Origin: Savitreella phatthalungensis
Lineage: Eukaryota
Direction of reading: 5' to 3'
DNA length: 64,000 nucleotides
Assembly: GCA_051599415.1 (NCBI GenBank)
Contig: AP039694.1
Span: 248,001 to 312,000 of the forward strand
Positions within the stretch are counted from its first letter, which is position 1; each line of letters begins with the position of its first letter. A program made the position numbers and the translations under genes. This document shows positions 1 to 8,816 of the stretch, in pieces. The notes beneath the pieces were generated by a model, which saw only the letters and a list, made by a program, of their open reading frames with translations, was not told the DNA's origin and did not search any database.

Positions 1-1077
1 ATCTCCTGGCGAGCACTTGAATGGCAGTACCCAATTCAGGATGTCATAGAGTGCAAGTGGTCCAGATCTGACCGTGCCAAAAGTCTGTTGCAGGTTTCCC
101 CAAAGTCCGAGATCGAAAGGGTTCATTCCGTGCTTCAGAAGAATACGCTGCCGGTCCTCGTTTGGTGATCGATTCACAATCACCTCCGCTGGCATAGCAT
201 TGATGTATTCCACCGTAGACTTGTTGATGCAAACCAGGTGGATGTGGAATAGGGAGAATGGTACCATCATAATCCCGTAGAAGATGGCCAGGCCAATAGC
301 AACATACCAGACTGCAGGAGCGCTGGGTATGTGCCGGTCGAGACCTTGATGAATCGCTCTGAGCCGTTGTACAGTCGCGATGACGAGCGTGACGAAGCAG
401 AAGATACAGTAGATCGCCACGTACGTGATGAAAAGCACGAAGAACTTGTAGCGTGTATGTCCCAGCGGGCCACCAACCCACGGACAATAGTGGTCGAACT
501 TCGGCACACATCGGTTGATCTCAGCACAGTGGTGCATGCGATCGCTTTTGAATATGTCGCACACGCTGCAGTACCGTGGCGAGTCAGTCCCATTCCGATC
601 AGCGAGATATATGGGTGCATCGACCACGCTCGGCGCAGCCAGATATTGTCTGACCTGTGAATCACTCGGCGGACGGTCATATGTCTTTGGTGGTTCTTGA
701 GGATACTGTGGTTCGTCAGAAGCGTGTGTCGATGTCGAGTTCGTCGAGCCCTGAACTCTTTGACGATCAGCTCTATTTGGCGCATAGTGCACGGGTGTCA
801 GGAGCACCCTAAAGAAGTTTCCTCCCATCAGTCCAAGCAGCACGATCTGGAAGACGATCAGGCAAACACCTGTCGCAGTATGACCGTTCCGGAGAAACCA
901 TGAAATACTCATATAGAACCATGCGTAGCATGAGAACGCGGCACAAAGTATCAGAAACGGCGGTATGAACTTGGCGCTGATGCGATTTGCCTTGTGATGG
1001 TCTCGCGGACCCCTACTGCATCTCGTTGCGCGCGCGCCTGGCACGTCTTCAGACACTTGCGAACTTGGTCGACTCAT
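1..1077 (-). CDS. PFA5: DHHC-family (DHYC variant) palmitoyltransferase, PFA5-like; 3' end beyond window start
   Basis: Manual translation from ATG at 1077: MSRPSSQ...KFIPPFLILCAAFSCYAWFY (TM)...RYCSVCDIFKSDRMHHCAEINRCVPKFDHYCPWVGGPLGHTRYKFFVLFITYVAIYC. This is a Cys-rich domain with DHYC. Absent from the ORF track, apparently because the frame runs off the window. Confidence 0.88.
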   Translation of the reverse strand, partial: MSRPSSQVSEDVPGARATRCSRGPRDHHKANRISAKFIPPFLILCAAFSCYAWFYMSISWFLRNGHTATGVCLIVFQIVLLGLMGGNFFRVLLTPVHYAPNRADRQRVQGSTNSTSTHASDEPQYPQEPPKTYDRPPSDSQVRQYLAAPSVVDAPIYLADRNGTDSPRYCSVCDIFKSDRMHHCAEINRCVPKFDHYCPWVGGPLGHTRYKFFVLFITYVAIYCIFCFVTLVIATVQRLRAIHQGLDRHIPSAPAVWYVAIGLAIFYGIMMVPFSLFHIHLVCINKSTVEYINAMPAEVIVNRSPNEDRQRILLKHGMNPFDLGLWGNLQQTFGTVRSGPLALYDILNWVLPFKCSPGD

Positions 1078-1339
1078 GACTTTCAAACTCTGCCGACTCT
1101 TCAACTCATCTTGTATCGCCTCTCTGGGTCGTCTGACGTCCTATGCTTGTCGAATTCGTATCTTGGCAGGGTCGCACCTCTTGTGCTTGTTTAACGTCAT
1201 GCGTGCTCTGTTGATCTGAATTTTGTAATCGTGGAAACTGCCGAGGAATGTGTTACAGAACGGGTTTGACAAAAGACACAGCTTGACAACTTGCAAATGT
1301 AATTTGCATATTACAGGATTTACATAGTATTCTGTGATC

Positions 1340-2941
1340 TTAGACATCCAGTGCTTCAGCCAACGCGCGGAATGAGAAGAGGGATCCGTGCATGTCTCGT
1401 AGCTGTTCGCGCGCCAGCTGTATTGTCGCTGACCGATTGCCGTTCGACAAGATCAGGAGGCGTCGATCGTGGTGAGATTGAATGAGTACACCCTTGTCGT
1501 TACACCAAACATCCAGCAGCTGCCGAGCCGTTCCCTCCTCATGACGAAGGGCGCTATTGATTGCCGGTGACTCAACACGTGCACGGACCTGCGCAAGTCC
1601 TACCATACCCAGACGTGACTTGTTTGGAGCAACAGCAATCCAGCGCTCAAGCCAATCGGCCACAAGGGCGCCCTTCTGAGTGCGCAATAAGCGAACGAGT
1701 TCGGCGTGCCACCGAGGAAGGAACAGCTCGTCAATGGCTGCGCTGACATCGACGAAATTTTGCCACGGCTGTAAGGCCCTCATCTCGTCGAACGCTCCGA
1801 GTGGATCTAGATTAGAAACATATCGAGCAATAGCGCGCTCGAAAGCTTGCTCGAAGCCCGAATCCTCAAGCACTTCTGCGAGCCAATCAGGTCCGTGAGC
1901 AATATTCCAAGTTTCCATCGCTGCCTCAATACGCTTCGTGAGCAGGTGATGCAATGAATGATTTCTGCCGAGCATCTTGTCCCACTCGAGCAGCCAGCGT
2001 GCAGCTTTGCCATGCTTGTCATCCGAAAGGATCCATTCGCCAGCTGCTGCAAGAAGTCTGTCCTCGCATACAAATGTGTAGAAGTCGCTCTCGACAGGAC
2101 CTAGCATGGGTTGCCAGTAGTGTAGAACGACCAGACCTGTTTGTGCGGTGATCGCATCCCATGGATGATCAAAGACAAGGCGCATCTTCGGCAGCCATAG
2201 CTTGCGCAGCAAGATTGTCCGGACTTCTGGCGTGAGGCCATCTAGTGTCGGGGTCCATGTCGGATTTGACTCTACATCCCATTCCGCTAATTGTCGCGCA
2301 AATACTTCCGCATAAGTGGCCAGTTGCAGGCTATCTGCCAGTTCGGTGTCCTCTGCATCCAGATTGTTGATAGATTGTGCATCTTCAAGAGCAACAAGGA
2401 GGTCTCTTTGTCGCTTCGTGGCTCGTTCAAGGTAGCTATCAATACGCCGCATATCACTGACAAGTGTATGCAGCATTGTTCGAGCGTCTTTCAGGGCATC
2501 AAGCTTCTCGGAAGCGTCGGCGATGATCATCACTGCTTGACGATCATCCTCATTTGCCATCGATGCGAGCGTTGACAGCTCGCGAGGTACGTCATCACTG
2601 TGCGGTAGCTGAAGTGATTGAGGCTTTTGATGGCTTCTAGCTTTCTGGCTAGCCTCTCGCGGGCGCTCCTCTTGCTCTTCACCAAGACCTGCGCTTGTAC
2701 GATGTCGGACAGCGGCTTGTATGGGCTGTGTGATGCCGGTAGCATTTGCTCCTAGACCTTGGCCTGGCTTGTAGCCCATCTTGGCCAGCATACGCGCTCC
2801 GAAGCCACTTGCATTGGGCAGAGATGCCGTATGCGCAGACTCGAAATCTTTCTGCCCACCCAATGATGGTCTAGATTCTTCCTCTCCATCATGATCTTGA
2901 CGTCTGCGCTTGTGCCAGGGTCGGTTATCATCAACCGTCAT
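1340..2941 (-). CDS. G-patch spliceosome disassembly factor, TFIP11/Ntr1/Spp382-like
   Basis: G-patch GFGARMLAKMGYKPGQGLG...GITQPI, followed by a coiled coil and Trp-rich helical GCFC-like repeats (LWLPKMR, LFLPRW). Confidence 0.8.
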   Translation of the reverse strand: MTVDDNRPWHKRRRQDHDGEEESRPSLGGQKDFESAHTASLPNASGFGARMLAKMGYKPGQGLGANATGITQPIQAAVRHRTSAGLGEEQEERPREASQKARSHQKPQSLQLPHSDDVPRELSTLASMANEDDRQAVMIIADASEKLDALKDARTMLHTLVSDMRRIDSYLERATKRQRDLLVALEDAQSINNLDAEDTELADSLQLATYAEVFARQLAEWDVESNPTWTPTLDGLTPEVRTILLRKLWLPKMRLVFDHPWDAITAQTGLVVLHYWQPMLGPVESDFYTFVCEDRLLAAAGEWILSDDKHGKAARWLLEWDKMLGRNHSLHHLLTKRIEAAMETWNIAHGPDWLAEVLEDSGFEQAFERAIARYVSNLDPLGAFDEMRALQPWQNFVDVSAAIDELFLPRWHAELVRLLRTQKGALVADWLERWIAVAPNKSRLGMVGLAQVRARVESPAINSALRHEEGTARQLLDVWCNDKGVLIQSHHDRRLLILSNGNRSATIQLAREQLRDMHGSLFSFRALAEALDV

Positions 2942-3328
2942 AAGATATTATGGGTTCGTCGAGCTAAACAAAGCTTTCATCATTCACGGGTCTCGAAGAA
3001 GATCAACAGCTTGTTTCATCAACGTACTTGATTCGTGACTGCACGTCTCGATGTGTTGGTGTATGTGATTGAGATGTTGTACGGAGCTTTCTATCCTATC
3101 AACGATTCAACCGTCGATCTGTTTTTCTGCAGCTGCAGTGAAACTAGCTGAAGGACAGGTGGAATTGAAGTGACTAAATTTAGAAGCCAGAAACCGGACG
3201 AAGCGTGATGGCATGCTTCGCTTACGTCCGGTTTAGAGGCAAAGTTCTTGCGAAGCTGAGAGCCAGAGCGAGGATCGTACTCAAGCAGAGATTATCGTCT
3301 GAGTAGCCACAGCGCCAAGTGCGGTCTA

Positions 3329-3761
3329 TCATGCGTCATCGGCGAGCATCTTCTTCACAGATCCAACCTTATCCGCTAATGAGCCCTGCTTGTCAACGCG
3401 AGTGCCTGTGAACACGAGTCAGCAATGGTTCAACAGCATGCTTGCCATTCTGAAAAAGCGATTCCCATACCGATTCGAATGTCAGTAGCGCAGCGAGGGA
3501 CACCCATCGCGTGCAGTGCTTCATGTACTTTCCGAATTGCTTCCATGACCGCATCCCATTCGCCCTCGATTCCAGTGCCATACCCATGCAGTTCGTACTG
3601 TTCCACAAGTCAGTCACCTGAAGACATCTTGTCTGTAGCATTGCTCATGATGATACCTTGAGGCCGGTTTTCTCTAGCACGCGCTGTGCTTCACTGATGT
3701 ACTTTGTCACACTTGTCTCAACCCCCATAGGGATGACGCAGAAGTCAGCAACGCAATGCAT
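3329..3761 (-). CDS. ECM15: UPF0045 / thiamine-binding-protein family small protein (Ecm15-like), 3 exons
   Basis: Spliced by hand with introns 3598-3656 and 3406-3470 (GTAT...CTGAC...CAG). Product MHCVADFCVIPMGVETSVTKYISEAQRVLEKTGLKYELHGYGTGIEGEWDAVMEAIRKVHEALHAMGVPRCATDIRIGTRVDKQGSLADKVGSV matches the family pattern. Confidence 0.88.
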
Positions 3762-4093
3762 CCTTGCGCCAGTCCTCCAATATCCAGACTCTCAGTCGAA
3801 CGACTGACTTGACGTGATGGAAGCCTGATAGCAACGGATCCTGTCAAGTGCACGGTGCACTTCATCCGTTAAATAGCACACACGGTCCACCATGCATCGA
3901 GGATATTGATCGGACGTACGTGGCTATTTTCAGCTCCACGGTTCAGAACTTTAAATTATAGTAGAAACATACAGGAGTAAGCCAAGGACTTAGCTACCTG
4001 TTAATAGACAAAAAGCCCAAACAGAGTTATAACGTACACGTAGTCCTTACATCAGTGCAGCGCACGACAGACTGCTTTGGCAATTCAACTGTC

Positions 4094-5056
4094 ATGGCAA
4101 TGGCAGCTGCACAGCCTACGATGCGCACGGCAACTACACAGACTGTCAGCCCAGAAGACATCGCTTTGCTCCAGCTATCGAAGAAGTATGGCACATCTGA
4201 CGCAGAAGCGCTAGTGCGTCGCCTCAATGATCATCCAGTATTACGCACGATCCGCGATGAGCCCATCGCGATGTCCGCAGCAGACTGCATACAACGCCTA
4301 GCGAGCTTACTCGGCGGTGATGAAAGCAGACTTGATGGCGTGCTCCTGGCGAAACGCGAGGAGCGGCAGAGAGCTATCAAAGCTGACTTGGCAGATCTGG
4401 ATGACTACATCACGAGTCTATTTTCATCTGCTGCAGCTGCTTTAACGGAGAAAGAAACAGAGAAGACCGAACTCAAGGAGGAATCTGATAAAATCGATGA
4501 CAAGCCTGCCGTGCGGGCTCCAGTGCCATCCGGCACTCGCACCAGGTCCAACACGATCACCACGCAGGCAAGCGACGATGACGCACGTCGTCCTGCAAGA
4601 GGTCGCAAACGCAGCAAGAGTGTTGCAGAGCAAACCCCATCTCCAGCACGTCGTAATGCTGCTGCCACAGGATCGTCAGACCCTGCGGCGAACAAGAAGC
4701 TGCAGGCAAGCTTGGTTGCGCTGCTTGCTAATATCGCCTCGCATAAATGCGCGTCGATCTTTGCTGGTCCTGTGTCTGCAAGGGACGCTCCTACCTATGC
4801 TGACTTGATGAAGCACCCTACCGACCTCAAGAGCATCAAGGCGAGGATCAAGAGTGGAGAGCTATCGACCATTGTTCGCGTCCATATCGAGCTCTGTCGC
4901 ATGTTCAGTAACGCGGTGATGTTCAATCCTGAAGACAGCGAGGTGACAGCGATGACCCGAGAGATGCACGCACATACGGAAGAGCTGGTCTCCCTATACC
5001 GTGAGGCAAATGAGTCTGCAGACGATAGAGCCCCTAAGAGAAGACGCAAAGCTTAA
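4094..5056 (+). CDS. Bromodomain protein (BRD8/Bdc1-like NuA4 subunit candidate)
   Basis: C-terminal bromodomain: IFAGPVSARDAPTYADLMKHPTDLKSIK...MFSNAVMFN. C-terminal NLS-like PKRRRK. First ATG at 4094. Confidence 0.8.
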   Translation: MAMAAAQPTMRTATTQTVSPEDIALLQLSKKYGTSDAEALVRRLNDHPVLRTIRDEPIAMSAADCIQRLASLLGGDESRLDGVLLAKREERQRAIKADLADLDDYITSLFSSAAAALTEKETEKTELKEESDKIDDKPAVRAPVPSGTRTRSNTITTQASDDDARRPARGRKRSKSVAEQTPSPARRNAAATGSSDPAANKKLQASLVALLANIASHKCASIFAGPVSARDAPTYADLMKHPTDLKSIKARIKSGELSTIVRVHIELCRMFSNAVMFNPEDSEVTAMTREMHAHTEELVSLYREANESADDRAPKRRRKA

Positions 5057-5465
5057 GCATAGCAGTCTTACTCAGGCGTATAGCAATATCAAAGACAAAG
5101 GAATGTATTTCTACTCTCATCGCTCATCAGAGTGTGTGCTTTTGTAAAGAAGTATGGCTCTCACGGACTGCGGCTATATCATCGCCAGCTGTGGTGCACT
5201 CCGTGGTGAATGTTGTGTGTATTGTGGTTGATTGTGTGTATGCGTAGATTCACTGCATGAAGCTGCGTATGCTGTAACTTAAAGTTTAGTCAATCGAGTG
5301 GAGAAATCCACCAATCTCGTGACCGAGCGGGTGATAAACAAAGACGCGCTAAACATCATCATCATCAAAGGACTTAAGGACAAATAAGAGTTCTTTACAG
5401 ACGCCCTTCTACATAAAGTGCAGCCTAATGCCAGTGGGCTGATTCTGAGAGACGCGGTAGGCGGG

Positions 5466-7022
5466 ATGCTTGACGTCGTGCGCGACGCGCTAAAGCGCCT
5501 TGATCCTGACAACACCGGCGAAGTCGATAGCCATCGCCTTGTGAGCGAGATCGACCGACTTGCAGTGCAGGAGAATTCCGAAGGTAGTCAAGATGGGGAT
5601 TCGTCAGCAGCTCAACGACAGCTCGCTGACGACCTCGCGAGACGCGGGATCAAGTTGAAGACGGAAGAGGTTGCAGAACTGCTGACGTCCTTGACCGGGC
5701 CGGGCACTCTATCCAATACGCGCACAACTGAGGCAGCCGCCACGACAACCGTTCCACAAGCAGCACAACACGACTGGATCGATGAGTCGTCCATCATGCC
5801 GCTTAACGAATCGCTAGGAGCGCGTAATGGCGCAAATCAAAGAATCCCTCTGGATGCGTCGACGCCTGCGAAGCCAGGTTTGCGTGGCCTGGCTTCACGG
5901 CCTGGCGCCCGGTTTAACCGCTCACCGACGAGCGACACGGTCTTCAGACGCCGGATATCCGGTGGCATCCAGTCGGATCAGCAACCCGTGAGCAACCAGC
6001 AGCAGAGCGCACTTGATGCACAGCTCATGAGTGATCAGGTCCAACGACTACAGGTCAGAGAGCGCGATCTTGATCAACAGGTTTCGGCAAATGAGCAGGA
6101 GCTTGCACTCTTACGCACCCGGCTCGAGGAAGCTGATGCGGAGATTTCAGCGCTGCGGAAGCTGCAAAACGATCATGAGCTGCAAGAGCACGGTACGCGA
6201 GACACTGTATCAAGTCTAGAGCACCGTCTCGAAGAGGTTCAGCACAATCTCGAGGCCAAGACAAAGGAGCTGGCCCAGGTGAAAGGTCTGGCAGCCAGGA
6301 GAGCAGAGCGACTGGAACTTGACGAGCGCGAGATCACAAGCCTACAGGAGCAACTGGCTGCGTCAAATGCCCAAGTGGAGACTCTGACCACCGATCGAGC
6401 CGCACATCGAGATGAGCCAACGGCGCTAGAGACAGTGGTCCACACGAAGGATGAAGAGCTCGCGAAAATGTCTGCCAGAATTGCTGAACTAGAAGCTTCA
6501 GAGGCTTTGCACATACAAGAGATCGAACTACTGCGCAACAGTGACGCCCCACGTGCGGGATCCAGTGGCGAGCAGCCGACGACGCTTGAAGCTGCAGTGA
6601 ACCAGCAAGAACAGAAGTCTGGCAACACGGCGAGCCAGTACCTCCGCCTCGGACGTGAACTCGTCCTCCAAAAGGAGCTCATCGATCGTCTATTCGCAGT
6701 CAGCGCGAAACGCAGCAAGCTCAAGAACGATACCGCGGCCACCGCGGCAGCCACAACTACAACACACCAACGAGGCTCAGCTTTGGGTCTCGGTGGAGCG
6801 TCAATCATCTCCATCCTCCTCTACACCCTTGTCGCCATACTCTTCGGCCTATTGTTGGCGCGAAGCCAGCTGGCCGAGCAACGGGCCTGGCACGATGCGA
6901 ACCACATCGATTTCAATCTCGATGGTTTGCACCTGCCGTGGTGGGAGGATGGCCCTTATGTGATCCGTGCCATAGGTTTCTGGCTCGACACGAAACTGAG
7001 CGCAGGCGCGTGGCCAGTATGA
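5466..7022 (+). CDS. Coiled-coil, C-terminal TM nuclear-envelope protein; putative KASH/Kms1-like
   Basis: N-terminal EF-hand-like loop (LDPDNTGEVD), long central coiled coil, single TM (IISILLYTLVAILFGLLLA), and a tail ending W-P-V. The CDS is solid; the KASH assignment is inference. Confidence 0.6.
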   Translation: MLDVVRDALKRLDPDNTGEVDSHRLVSEIDRLAVQENSEGSQDGDSSAAQRQLADDLARRGIKLKTEEVAELLTSLTGPGTLSNTRTTEAAATTTVPQAAQHDWIDESSIMPLNESLGARNGANQRIPLDASTPAKPGLRGLASRPGARFNRSPTSDTVFRRRISGGIQSDQQPVSNQQQSALDAQLMSDQVQRLQVRERDLDQQVSANEQELALLRTRLEEADAEISALRKLQNDHELQEHGTRDTVSSLEHRLEEVQHNLEAKTKELAQVKGLAARRAERLELDEREITSLQEQLAASNAQVETLTTDRAAHRDEPTALETVVHTKDEELAKMSARIAELEASEALHIQEIELLRNSDAPRAGSSGEQPTTLEAAVNQQEQKSGNTASQYLRLGRELVLQKELIDRLFAVSAKRSKLKNDTAATAAATTTTHQRGSALGLGGASIISILLYTLVAILFGLLLARSQLAEQRAWHDANHIDFNLDGLHLPWWEDGPYVIRAIGFWLDTKLSAGAWPV

Positions 7023-7098
7023 TGTGTGCACTGCACTCGGTGGATACATGGAAATATTCGTCATGAATGGGAAGTCTAAGGAAGAGAAGCTATCGGCT

Positions 7099-8205
7099 TT
7101 ACTCGCCACTGACATCGACAATCACGTTCAGAACGGCGATAGCGATCTCGAGCGCGATCAGGATGATGACAATCCACTCAAGGTACTCGCCCTGACTGTG
7201 AGTCATCTGCTCTTTCAACATCGACAGAAGGTCAGAGATCACCTGGACACGCTGGTTGAGTAGTGAAACTCGCTGAGAGATCTCAAGGTACGACCGCGCG
7301 GCCTTGTATACAGGCTCGAGGTTGGGTTCCGACCAGCAGAGTTCGGGACTATCAAGCACAGAGCCGGACAGGTTGATATTGATGCGGAGAATGAAGAGCT
7401 CGCCCACATTCCGCATGATCTGTTTCCGAGACATTGAAACTTTTCCTGTCTCAGCGACACTCTGTGGAATGTCTTTTGTGTCCTCAATCGTCGCATCCAC
7501 TAACTCCTCAAACAGGGAGATTTTGACGGATTGTGCGATTGCATGACTGATGGCCAGCTTGATCATGTAATTCCGGCCATCTCTGAGGGTGATAAAATCA
7601 TTGTAGATTCGCGAGGTGTACTGCGTTGTTGTGTAGTAGTTGAATTCCTCCACCTCCACGTCGTCATCCAGCAGTTTCTCGACCTCGAATCGCGCGAGTT
7701 CTCTGAGAAAGCGTTTTTCTAATTCCTCAGTGAAACCCCATAGCACCACGCACCCATACTCGAACGCGAAGATCTCAGACATGACGTGAGCAGGGCGGTC
7801 GCTGTCGCTCAAGAGATCTTCTAGTCCGAGCAAATCAGCTTCTGCAGGTGGACCGCCGGTGTAAGAGTACGGTGAGTAGATGCACTCGTCCACGCGCTTC
7901 GGCACAGAGTGATGACTTGTCCGCCTTGCCTGGAAGAATTTGAAAAGACTGTCCATCTTGTACGAGCCCGCTGTACAAAACGCCGTCACTCGTGGCAATC
8001 GTTTCCGATGTGCCTTTCCCAATCGTTCTGCATCCCGACGCGCCGTCGTCCCCTCGATCTGATCCAACTGCGAATATACATCCCTCCCAGACTCCGTCGC
8101 ACGAACATCTGCAAGTGAATCTGCAGGCAGCAACTTCAGCTTAGATGCATTCTTTGTAGAACGTTGTGCGCCAGCCTTTGCAGGCTTCGCAGCAGGTGCG
8201 CTCAT
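7099..8205 (-). CDS. RMD1: RMD1 family (DUF155) sporulation protein, Sif2/Rmd1-like
   Basis: LPRVTAFCTAGSY, FEYGCVVLWG, KLAISHAIAQSVKISLFEE, LDSPEL, YLEISQRV, EYLEWIVIILIALEI. Likely start is MSAPAAK at 8205. Confidence 0.9.
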   Translation of the reverse strand: MSAPAAKPAKAGAQRSTKNASKLKLLPADSLADVRATESGRDVYSQLDQIEGTTARRDAERLGKAHRKRLPRVTAFCTAGSYKMDSLFKFFQARRTSHHSVPKRVDECIYSPYSYTGGPPAEADLLGLEDLLSDSDRPAHVMSEIFAFEYGCVVLWGFTEELEKRFLRELARFEVEKLLDDDVEVEEFNYYTTTQYTSRIYNDFITLRDGRNYMIKLAISHAIAQSVKISLFEELVDATIEDTKDIPQSVAETGKVSMSRKQIMRNVGELFILRININLSGSVLDSPELCWSEPNLEPVYKAARSYLEISQRVSLLNQRVQVISDLLSMLKEQMTHSQGEYLEWIVIILIALEIAIAVLNVIVDVSGE

Positions 8206-8816
8206 CGTAGCGATGTTGGCGCCGCTTGTGATAGAGCGACTTCCGAGAGTGTTGCTGGCTGCGCGCGTACAGGTAGTGAATGAATTGTTGTCTACAGACC
8301 CTTCTGCTCGGTATAGATCTTGATATACAGCACTTTGAGTTGCCGAGGATGAGAGTCTCGAGACGACTGAATGTTGATGATGTGTGGGTCCGTGGTTGTG
8401 TGAGACATTCTTGACTCTGACGTCGACTTTGTGTATTACCGCTCCAAGACAAAATTGGATCAAGCGGTTTGCATGCATGGACAGTGCGTACAGCACATGT
8501 GCACTTCTCAGCTTGAAATCAAATCTCCGCGGCTGATCTTATGTATGACGGATGCAGCAGTATAATAACAGTACCGACGTTGTACAAACACACATGTTGT
8601 CATTGTGGGCCAACAGCCAGCTCTAAGTGTCGAGAAACTCAAGCTGGCATCTATCTCCCGCTATCTGAGATACAAGGGGTTCTGGGAGATTGTCGAATCC
8701 TTCTCATCTGGCGGCAAGCTTGTTAGCCCGGGTGCTTGAGTTTGCTTGTCAATAATCAGCTAGAGTGAAGAATGCAAATCTAGAGATCTCATTCCTCCTG
8801 ATACAGCCAGTCAATC

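Noticed and set aside
44..903. Several ORFs listed in the first kb
   Set aside because: They are alternate-frame or antisense shadows of the DHYC palmitoyltransferase.
3329..4050. TPP riboswitch near the thiamine-binding-family gene
   Set aside because: No CTGAGA...CCTGAT aptamer core was found in its introns or flanks.
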